A stretch of DNA of 64,000 nucleotides from Lytechinus pictus (lineage: Eukaryota). The stretch covers positions 9,176,001-9,240,000 of the forward strand of contig NC_087259.1 in the NCBI RefSeq assembly GCF_037042905.1, given 5' to 3'. Position 1 is the stretch's first letter; each line of letters opens with the position of its first letter. The notes below the pieces were generated by a model. It ran no database searches and was not told where the DNA came from. It saw only the letters and a program-made list of their open reading frames with translations. This document shows positions 13,701 to 25,700 of this stretch, piece by piece. The position numbers were made by a program, and so were the translations under genes.

Positions 13701-16700
13701 CCTTTGAGTATTAATCAGTATCAATAAAGTATCAATTTCATTGAAAAAGGATTTGCAAATATGTTTACAAACTCAAGTAGGATTATGACCTCATTGGCTT
13801 CTGGGGTTCATTCATTGCATTTCATGCCTTACTTTGGCGCAAATCAATATTTACATCACTGCAAAGAATACATCCTGATCATCCAAGCGTTAATACATAC
13901 CACATAAATATGGTATCACATTCTTGGGAGAAAATACTCTTTTCAGTCATATAAAATGATTATGCGTTCGTTACATATTTTTTCCTTAAACTGGTGATTT
14001 GTGAGGTGTCAATTTTGTATTATTCACACGGTATATACAATTACATGTGGTAAAAGTTTATGCATAATGATTCGCCATCTAACACTGATTCTAGGAAGGA
14101 TAATCACTGAACTTCCTTTGTCCAAATGAGAAAGAAATGTGACTGCGGAACAAATATGACTATTTTACAGTTTCATGTGATGAATGGGATTTCGTCACAA
14201 GATGTTCTCATAAATGCCAATTTATTTTCAAAATGAACATACCCTTTTTTGGGCAGATATAATATGTTCTATCCACTGCTAGTTATCCATAAGTCCCTCT
14301 GATTTCATCCTTTTTTGCGATTTTTTAAAAGTGCTGTTTTAATACATATCAACACACGTGTCTATGGGGGAATGTCAAAAAAGGAAACAGCTTATTCATA
14401 GCAAAACATACACACCCTCACACACACACACACTTAAAATGAACTAATATGCCCCCCAAAAAACGGTTGGCACCTCTGTATAATGTACATTTTTAACAAA
14501 ATTTAAGTCAGAGTATGGTCATTCTCATAAGAACAAGCACAGTGTGCATTCTGTCTTGAGCGACCCACCTTCCCTATTATGAACAGTGACCCGTGTGATT
14601 AAGAGACTCTCATGTACATACTGAAACTTCTTAAATGTTATGTTTAACAACCCTGATTTGGGATTATGAATAGCCGCCCTATGGCCCCAACAATTGTGAA
14701 TATAACGACCCTGATCTCATTTTGAATTTGCGCACCTTGTGAATCGTCAGCCAAGCTGCAGCTGGGGTAATAATATCCAAGTCCTTTGGAAGCGCATAGA
14801 GACATTATTCATAATCGTGATATGCGCTATACAAGAACTGTATATTATTATTATTATTATCATGATAACGGTTCTTATGAAATATGACCCCCTTCCCGTT
14901 TTATGAATAATTGGCTTTTCCCTTCAAAAGAATAAGAAATATCGAAACAAGGTCGATTTCTGTATAATATAGCTCAAATAAAAGAAGTTATACCAACTTC
15001 CTTTACGAATGTAAACATAGAATAGTACACTGATCTTTATTTGTAAGTACTTCAAAGATACAATCTAGACATTATTCCTGCATTGTTAAACACAAAAGAT
15101 TTAACAGAATCATTCTGTAAATTCTTAAAACAGGAATCTTTCTTTCTCTTATGAATAAATATAGAGATTTCAGCGTTTATCTGTTTCTTTCTCATTTTAA
15201 TTTTTCGGCGATCACGTTTAACATTGCAATTTAAAACGGGCATATAAGCGAACTTAGCGCAATGTAAACTATAAAAATAAAACTCGTTGTCCATTGAGCA
15301 TGAAAACAGAGGCCAACAAAAGTAGATCCTGTGACTAACTGGCCTTTAATATTTTATTTACGGAAAAACCAAGGAAACCCATCAACATTTCTTTAATATT
15401 AATTCAATGTAAACAAAATAGTGTGAGCTCGATCCTATCCAGGTACTAATGTGGGACCAAAGTGTTAAAGTGTGTCACGATAGAGTTAATAATTATGGCC
15501 CACATTGCACCCTTTGATATGTCATATTCTCACCATCATTAGCGCATCGTATTCCAATGTCGTCATAATGGTTGCAATGGTTTACGCCCACGCCATCGTG
15601 ACTGCAGTAGAAAATGCTGGATTCGTTCCCGGTGCAATACACGTGATTGAGCAAGATGTCGCCACTTCCCTCCCCAAAGTAGGCGTTATGGAATACTATT
15701 TCTGCGGATGAATATCCTAGACTTCTACAGACCACGTCTGCTTCGTCCATGCCCCAGCCATGATCGCAAACAGTGCCCCAGGATTCCCCGTGGAAGACTT
15801 CAAGTCGTCCTTCGGCGGGGGTGGTACCATTGACCAGCCGAACTGTCATGAGGATCAATAAGCATACACCAACCTTTTTATTTTAAATGAAATTGATTGT
15901 ATTTAAAACTTATACCGGGTGGGTGTTTCATAAAGCTGTTCGTAAGATACGAATGACTTTACGCACGACAGGTAACCCTTTGTCATGCCAAGCGATATAT
16001 CCCTATGTAATTGAGTTAGGACTAAGATCATGTTCCAGTCATGCGTAAAGTTGTGCGTAACTTAACGAACAGCTTTATGAAAACCCACCTGGTTTTTTGC
16101 AGAAATGAACTATCTGAAAGTAACAAAACAGTCACATGGTTTCACATCGTAAGTCTTCAATATTTTGCCAAATTTGAAAGATCATTTTGTGACACATAAA
16201 CCTTCTTTTTTTTTTACTTGTTTTGACATTCTTGGAAGCAGACTCTCACCAAAAAAATCCAAGGCGGTGTATATATATATATACTTTTTTTCGTATATAT
16301 TAATAATCTATACCTATGTTCAACTGGTACATAATTATGATTCTTCCCTTTGGATCCATTAATAACAGAGTCAACTGATAAAAACTGGCCAGAAGATGTT
16401 AGAAGTTGGAAACATGAAAAGAGCAAGAAAATATTCTGTATAAAAAAATACGGGAGAGAAAGAAATCGGTAGTGATTACCATTTTGGAGGCATCTGACCC
16501 CAATATCATCATAATGGTAGCAGTGGTTGTTGCCAACACCGTAGTGGCTGCAGTCAAATATACTTCCCTCGTGTCCCATGCATGTCACATGATTGAGAAG
16601 AATAGGCCCTGTGCCCTGCCCGAAGTAGGCATTATAGACATGTCCAATATCTCCTGGGAACCCAAGACTTCTGCATACGACGTAAGAATTCGTGCTGTAC

Positions 16701-19700
16701 CAGGAGTGATCACAAACTGTTCCCCAGACGCCATCATAGTAGACTTCAAGTCGACCCTCACTCGGGTTATCCCCATTAACGAGGCGGGCTATGACATTCG
16801 AAAGGATATTGGAAAGGGGTACACTGTTAAACAACCCCTGATTTTTCAGAAAAAAGAAGATTTTTCAGAAAGCAATAACATAATCATTCTGTAAATTCAT
16901 AACACAGGAATTTTTCTGCAATTTAACAGAACAGGTTTGTTTAAAAAGGGGAAAAGGGTGTTTTATTAAAGGAAATTTGTAAGGTTCCATACACCAAATA
17001 CCAATTTCCTGTAATTTACATGATCTGGTAAGATTACAGGTGTTCTCGAGACTCTGCTGCAGGAACTTCTTTTATTTTTAGGATAAATTTTCTAACAGTG
17101 TACAGATTGAGAGTTTTTAGTTTGGACCCTTCCGCACAATATCAAGTGTTTCTTCTTTCTTGGATGAATAGGCAATGGCGTAATTTTCTTCAGCAAGAAA
17201 TTGATGCGTACTGTGCTGCACTCAACCCAAGTGAGTTAATGGGTACCTACGGGAATCAATTACTTGAAATACTTGTGCGCAAAAACTTCCGATGTGGATG
17301 AATAAAGGCGGACTTTGAACTGGACTTTGTAAATGTTTGATCCAATGGAAGACAAATATCTGTGTCGCGGATGCCAGTAAATTCAATTCATTTCAATACA
17401 GCACATGAGACAGAAAGAAAATTGGATGAAAGACTATTCTTACCATCTGGATAACAGACCGCTCCTGCATCTTCATAATGTGAGCAGTGGTGGACACCAA
17501 CGCCGTTGTGATAACAGTCAAAGAGGCTGTCTTCGTAGCCGTAGCATCCGACGTGATTCAACAAGATGGGACCGTCGCCCATCCCGTAGAATGCATATCC
17601 ATGGCTTCTCACAGCGTCTGGGTATCCGATGCTCCTGCACAGTACACCTGCATCCACTACGTCCCAATCATGGTCACAGACAGTGCCCCAGGTACCACTA
17701 TAATATACTTCCACCCGTCCTTCTGACGAGTAACTTCCATTTACTAGACGAGCTACATGAACGGGCAAGACATTTTGAAGGTGTGGTTAAATCTATGTAG
17801 AATTTCTATTCTTATTACAAACTACATGTACATCTATAATTTTGTAATAGTTGGTGGATATAAGAACCTTTGCACGACTCCAAGAAACTGAAGCGAAATA
17901 TTCCTGTGTCTTCCTTAGTAAATCCGCGAATACCGCAGTATAAATGCAGTGATAAATCATTCACCACATTGATATTTTTGAAACCCCTTTTCCCCTTCCG
18001 AATGTTTGATACTTTGAATAATGCATAAACTGTAAAAAAAAAAACATTCATGCGGTTTCAATCATGTATGCATGAAGCTGTATTTCTCAAATCACTGGAC
18101 ATTTATCCTCTACTTCCTTTTACATCTTTAAGAATGAATGGAACGTTACCTGTTTCATTTGGCTGGAGGGGAGAGTCGGTGGTTCCTGTGAATATAACAA
18201 AAGAGTACTTGTTTCACTTTCATAAGGATTTCATTGGCATGCACACCCTGTAACACAGTGCTTACGGTCAGTTGCAATATGACAGAGAGGGAAGAAATCA
18301 AATTGGTATACATGCAAACTGATCTTAATTTGCTGTAAATTTTTGCGATTGACTACAACCTTTGGGTTAGTGTTACCTGCGTAATGATCAGTGTTACCGG
18401 ACATTTTGGAACATTTATAAAGAGTTTCAAATGCAGACATGTTGGAAGACAAACAACAAGAGAAACATGTGGATCAAACCATGTTTAATCGTTGTTTATT
18501 ATCTGATGCACCGGTTTCCCACTGTTATGCCCACTACATTAACATCCTCTGAGATCGCTCGACATAAGTACTGGTGAGTAAAGGAGGAATGATCACTTTG
18601 ATTGACTCCGGTCCGTACAGTTAGAACATTAGCTGATTAGAGATGCCCCCAGTACAATGAAGTGTTTGCGCCATCTACGTTCATTTGCGTAAATATACAG
18701 CGCGTGCAACACATGTGCATTTCTGCAACACTAATTACAGCCTACGTGTGCCCTATACAAATATAATAATCAAATAATTGGATGGGATAAGATATTTCAA
18801 AGGACGTCGTTCTAAATTTATTCAATTTTGAAATTCTCCTCATGCGAAGTAAAGAGGCTTGTTGCTTTGGTTGCCAATATCATTTTGCTTACCTGGATAA
18901 TCTGTTGTCCACCACCATCTTGTATTTGGACTTTCCGTTGTAAATGCTGAAATGAATTCATAAGGAACGCCCCGTTACTTTTTTGGTCCTCATTAACAGC
19001 ACGTGCTTTATAATGAGCCATATAGGTTGATTATCAACAGAATTCCAATCTCTTAAATGATGAAGACTAAACGTTGTTTTAAACGATACGGATGTTTACC
19101 CAGTGAGTCCAAACCCGCTCAACGAAGATGGAAAACAGAGGTCGACGAGGCTTGAAACATATTCTTCATGGACTCTCATTGTGATAGAATGAAACATCTA
19201 TGAAAGCATGTGTGGAATGGGGGGGGGGGGGGGTCAATGCTCGTAAACAAATTGAAATTAGTCTCACACTATTTGTCTGCAATATAAAGGTACGTTTTGC
19301 GACTTTGCGAGATCACCTTGCCTATCACTCATGATTTCCGAAGAACTCTCCTGGAAGCTGCGCCAATCCCAGCCACCACATTTTTATGGTGGCCCTAAAG
19401 GGACATCTCAAATAGACCGAATCGCGAATGTTGACGACGAAATTCACAACGTCGCAAATTCTGTCGTGAAATTCGCGTCGATATTCACGATGTCGCAAAT
19501 TTCCTCCTGAATTTTGTCGCGAATTTCTCGACAAAATTCACGACATGGTGAATTTCGTCGCGAATTATTCACGACACGAATTTCGTCACTAATGAAGTCG
19601 TGAATTTGATTTGCTTGCTTGGGCGGTACGTGCATATGGAACTCTTGCCGAGAGATTTTACCATGGTTTCTATGAAAATGATAGGTCTTAACTTCAAATT

Positions 19701-22700
19701 ATGATCATTTTGTACAAAGTGGAATAAGTATGTAGATTTGTTAGATCTAAGGCTGCACGTGTTTGACTCGAAATCCCAAGCAAGCAAATCAAATTCACGA
19801 CAAAATTGGCGACGAAATTCGCGACGTCGTTAATTTCGTCGTGATAATAACTTCGTCGCGTATTTCGTCAATTTTCGCGACTTGGTCTATTTGCAATCCT
19901 GGGCCACTAGCCCCGTCTATAGAAGATTTACGCCTTGCAAGCTGCAGTGCGTCTACAATTATGTGTTTCGAGTGCAGTAAAAATAACTGATTCGTTTTGT
20001 AGGTACTATCAATGTTGTAGTTCGATTTTTTTTTCTCGAAAATTTCAATTTAGTAATGTAATTTCCTCGATGTTTTTACTTTGAGAGGGCCGAGAATCCC
20101 TTCATTTTTAAGGATTCGTCAGAGGGAAAAGCTTAGAAAGTTGACATAAGCATGATCAGGGAACATATGCAACCAGAAGTGAACCTTGCAAGGCCGCCAC
20201 AAGCTCAATCACTCTCGATGACGGTCTGCTTTCTTAAAATTGCCATTTAATGAATAATACATTTTGTTGATTTTTTTATTATTCTCGATGCTTATATTAC
20301 GAGTATGATGTTATTGATTCTCTTTGTATAATGTTATCTTGTATATTTTCCCCTGATGTGGACAGAGAAATATAATCAATCAATCAGTCAATCAATCAAT
20401 CAATCAATCAATCAAACCTCATCAGGAAGGGCATCATTTTCTGACAACCCCAAAAGAGAGGAAAATGGGTATAACATTTTGTCAGGGGGGGGGGGGGCGC
20501 TCTGACCCCTGACCTCACCCCCTCAGGTATGAAAACGATTGCAATTTGAAACCTTTAAAAGTGCTACAAATCGATTCTATTTAATATTGGTATACATGTA
20601 CATGTAGTTTTGAAAATGTATTCAAAATTTGTTTGAATTATTGATATTGCTCTAATTTAATTGTTTTTAATTATTATTGTATATATATATATATGTATAT
20701 ATATATTCCTTTCTTCGGTTCATTATATCACGGAAGAGGGAGTCCCACTTCCCTAATTACATCACGGGGATAATCTGCGTTCCGCTGAGCGCGGCGTTTT
20801 ACATGGTTCAGGTAAAAGTTGGTCATTCCAAGCAAGTTAGCGCGTAGATTTTAGTTTTGATTTATTACGAGTAGAATACAAAACAAACATACCACGCGAT
20901 TATTTCGAAAGTATAGTGGGAATTATTCGTCCTCGGTTGTACTTGCAAGAATACTCATTTTCACCTCGGAAAAATAGTAATTGGCAGCAGAACCTCGGAC
21001 ATATAATTCCCGCTCTAAACCTGGTATATTTGTATATTATGCTGATAATGGTCTGAAATAAGCTTCTTAAAAGAAACACGCAAAACTGACCCACGCGCAC
21101 GCTTAGAAGCAAACAGGTAAGTTTACTCGTTTTGAACTTGATTGTGCTCTATCAGAATTAATCAATATGATTTTATATTAATTTGTTATTAATTTGAAAT
21201 GTCAAACTACATGAATTACCATAATCGAATGATTTTTTATATGGATTATAAAGCAAATAATCACCGTTTGGTTTCAGTGATTCACTGATTCAACATTCAA
21301 GTCGCTTCGGAAAAGAGACAATGTCCCATCACATTTGGTTACTATTAACATGCTACCATTTCCATGCGAAAAACAGGGAATCATGTGTATTTGGATCCAT
21401 GATTGAACCGGTGGACTACACTCTGTTCAGCGGGCCTTCATTTTCTCATTTATTTTGAAATTCATAGTAAAAATCAGGGTAATACCTGTGTTTTCGTTAG
21501 TAAGACTTAAACGTAGTTGAAATCCTCTATAAGTGACTGAAGAGTCGGTGTAAAACATCATCCAACTTGGGGAAGAATATAATCTAAACAAAAGAAAATA
21601 TTAAGAACAAAATGAACAAAATATACATTAGTATTTCAATAATAAATCATGCTGAATTGTTAGCTGCAATCTGTAATTTATTCACTTATTTATCATATTA
21701 GGCGTGGATCAAGGGGGGGGGGGGCGAGCCGGCTCCGCCCCCCTATTTTTGACAACAAAAAAAAATGTCCTTTTAACTTGAGAGAAACGCTGAAAAACAG
21801 AAAGAAAGTACGATGGAGGTATTATACCCATGTTTAATAGACCAGTTCGTAGTTCATGGACAATTTTGGTCAAATGACCTTTCATTTCTTCAAAGTAAGA
21901 TCAAGGAGGTTTCAAATGAGATGGAGTAAAAGCAAATAAAATCCCTTTGAACAAGGTTAAAAACCGCCAGCAGAAAGTATGTCAGGCATGCACTTTGCTC
22001 AACATCTCTTTCAATTGTGTAGACAAATGATTCCCGCATGACTCCGCAGCTATATGTCATATAGAAAGGGAAATATGCTATTGTGATGATAATTTCTTTT
22101 TCGCCGCATCTGGTTTGGTTATATGTGTAGTACATAATTCGGAGGCATGCGAAAATAAACTATGCAACATGTCCCGAAATGACTCAAATTTATTCCACTG
22201 GGCATGTGCGGGCACTCATCTGGCATATACAATAATGAATAGCAATATTCCACAAACCACATTTGAAACTTTCATTTGCCGCAAACGATCGGAAAAGCGT
22301 TAAAATCTGGTTTCAGTAAAGGTCAAATTCTTACTTTTTCCACTAATTAAAGGTAAATCGATTTAATCAGAGCAAATATCTCAGCGCAATATTGCTTGGT
22401 TATTGATGTCTTGTCATGCGTTCAAATTTCAGTTTGTTTATTCAATAAAAGATGGAAATGAATACAAATGGTTATTCGTAAAATTTCACTCCTCGGATTT
22501 CTTCACTGAAACTGGCGGCTTCGAAGGCGGACATCAAAAAGGTCTTTACTGCTGTTCTTTCTTTTGTGCTTCTTTAGAAATGAACATCTGCCTGAATAAA
22601 TGTTATGCCTGTTGGAACTCCAGTCATAGAATCTTCTTGGCAAGATATTACGTAAGCTTGCCTTACATAGCAGGATGAAGAAATTGAATAGACCAGATGA

Positions 22701-25700
22701 CTTGAATAGCACACCAATGAACACTTTATGAATGTATTTGTTTTATTCCTACTTTGAATGCATATCATAGCATGTTGCTCAATGTACTTAGCAAACTGTG
22801 AAATACCAGTCGTTCGTGGACGCATTGTGGTTTTTGGGGATGTAAATGAAAACCACAATTCAAAAGAATATATAACTAATCAAGACATCAAAGTTGGTGC
22901 TTATCTCATTAGATTTTAAACCACCATGTCACTTTAGTACAAATGACCTTCCTCTGATCATGGACCTATGAAGAGATGGACGATTAACGCGAGCATTTCT
23001 TTGACCCAATGATAGTCACCGTCACCTGGTTATGCGCATCTTAATGAGAACATACTGGTGTTGTAACAATAGCAATTACCATGACTACCAAGGGTATCTG
23101 ATCACTCAAAGACGGAACAGTTTCCCGGTCTTGACTTTTGTTGGCTGATCCCCTGTTTCAGTATGTGCTTTCAGTCAATTTGCTTCATATACGGATCAGC
23201 AAACTTGAGAAGCAGACGATTTTTATGATATAAAATATGAAATTATTCGATCCGCTAACTACCGCTCACACATAAGGACCTCAATAACATTGAAAGATAC
23301 ACGATCTACACATGTTATGTGCCACGTATATCTGGAATATTATGGAGAAACTTGGGAAATTTGAATTTTAAATGGTAAACAATCAATCACAATATTGCCT
23401 CTATATCAAAATATGCAGACATTTCCCCAAATAAAACACATGGAACTAAGATTAACAAAGGTAAACAAAAACTGCACATCGATTATCCATTATTTCATTG
23501 ATTTTCTATCAACTGCGCATATAATTTGTGAAATATAAATGTCCAATAACGAACTAATTCAGTCCCTTCTCACGGTGACGATCATAGGACCAAAGAAGAC
23601 TAGTATGAAGAGAATGTTATTCAGATGACAATTACCGTCACCTGTTAGTGAATTCATTATCTAAGCGATGAATGTCCATCTCTTCATAGGTCCATGCTCT
23701 GATCATGCGTAGAATCTTTTGATCATGCGCAGAAACTACGAACTGGCTTATTTACGGCCTCGTAACTGCCGGTGTACCGGAGGATCCTGCGCCTGGCAGA
23801 TACTGTTCTAGGCACCAAATCCGCCGGCGGATCGTGTTCTACTCCGGCGGATTCAGTACCAAAAAAGGCCACTCTCTTCGGAAGATATTGTTCTTGCGCT
23901 ATCGCGATATCCTTCACTCACATACGTGGAGGTGCCGTGGCCGAGTGGTCTAGGCGGCCTGGCTATACATAGAAAGTCCGGGGTTCGATCCCCGGCCGCG
24001 GCACCTATGCCCGTGAGCCTGGAGGCGTATACTCTGCAACGCTCTTTTATCTTGCTTTCAAATAAATGGAAATGCTATATGCATTAGTGGTAACTATATA
24101 GGTGTGCACTGTTAAAAAAAAATACGTCTTGTAATAAAAAACACGCATTTTTAATTTATTTTATACCTATTAAATCCTTATTATCACAATTTTAGGGATA
24201 AATTGGATACAATATGCATCAATTATGATTGATACAGAGTATTAAATAAAGGCAAACAATGGCAGGATTTTGTAATAAGTTTTTTCAATGGAAGTATAGA
24301 TAATGATCACTGCAAATGAAATTCTTGATTTGCGAAATTCCTATGTATTATTATTATTTCCTTCACATTTTCTCGTATATTTTTTTCCTACTATTTAATT
24401 AGGGCTTATATGAAATTATTATTTATTCATGTTTTGTGAAAATAAAGCTTAGAAGTGACTGTAAGCAGGGTCAGGGACTACCCCTTCAAAGAAAGAAATA
24501 AAAATCAACTTTGAGCGGCCGATCGGGGAAAATATGGGTAATTTTTTTTTCGGCCCCCCCCCTATTGGCGAACGCTGGATCCGCCCCTGCATATCCGAAC
24601 AATACATGCAGATTGATGAATTAGGTAAATTGAATACAAAAACTACCCATACAGTAACCCCTCATAAATTTTGGTAAATCTGTATATTATCAAATTTTTG
24701 GTAAATGAACTTTCTTTTTCTGTTGTTGCGGCGCTTTGTTTTGAAATATTATAATGTGTCATAATTTCGGTGGGATGAAAGGTGTATTCTGCCCACTTTC
24801 TCAAATCAATAAATTATGGACAATAATGTCAATACAAAACGATTTCTTCGCATGTCATGAATTGCGCAAATGTGACAATGTAATGTACCGTAATAAAGTG
24901 GTTTATCAATGTTATGCAAATGTTTTTTATTATTAGTTCTCCAATTATGGATTGCATCAGTGAATCAATGAATCAAATTTGTCAAATTGAAATTTTGGCA
25001 AAGAATAAATGAGACGATGCTTGAGAGAGAAGGAAAGAGGGAGGGATAATGAGGAGGAGGGTGTGCCAAACTAGCAACACAGTAAAAAAAATTATACAAC
25101 GCTGTTTACTATATGAACCTTACAGTAATTGTTAAAACAGTTTAAACAAGTGTTTAAATCTTAAGCGGCAAAGTTTAATTTTCAATATTTAATCTTCAAT
25201 AAATTAAACATGATTGTTTACACTGTTAAACAAATAATGTAAGGTTCATATAGTAAACAGCGCTGTATAAGATCTTAAACAGCGTTTTTACTGTGAATGG
25301 GGCAAATGCCCATCCCCAAACAATATGCCTTGGGTAAGACTGAACGTGAACCTAGGGGGTGGGAGAAGGGACACAGGAGGCATACGCATCCCCTTGTGAC
25401 CCAGCCAGCTCCCGTGTTTTTATACCATCCCCCTTGGAAGTTAGGAGGGATGTTTCTTATGGAATGTTATGGTTTTGTTTTCAATTTTTGTTATACCTCA
25501 TTTGTTTTTGGTAATGAGAACATTTATTGGGATTTTGGTTGTCATTCCTCCAAACAAAATGAATAAATTTTTGAACAATGATACATGAAGTCACCAGTCA
25601 TTAATTTACTTGCCTGTTAGCTATAAATGACTTATCATGGGATAGATTTCAACCAAATATATGATTAGGATCTATATCACTATTGTTTCGCCTGCATAGC

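Larger units (their letters stand above)
21699..24589. mobile_element. GC-rich-TIR DNA element hosting nested insertions
   Basis: taggcgtggatcaaggggg ... ctggatccgcccctg; CATAT on both sides. Confidence 0.45.

Noticed and set aside
15505-17800. Plus-strand ORFs of 68-140 aa
   Set aside because: Antisense shadows of the SRCR exons.
23723-23972. GC-rich overlapping ORFs
   Set aside because: Within a nested TE stack; no domain and no phase-compatible splice sites.
23931-24005. Functional tRNA gene
   Set aside because: A/B boxes and a terminal stem are present, but the anticodon arm does not pair and the 3' spacing is wrong; treated as a SINE head. The other tRNA-like heads also run into SINE bodies.
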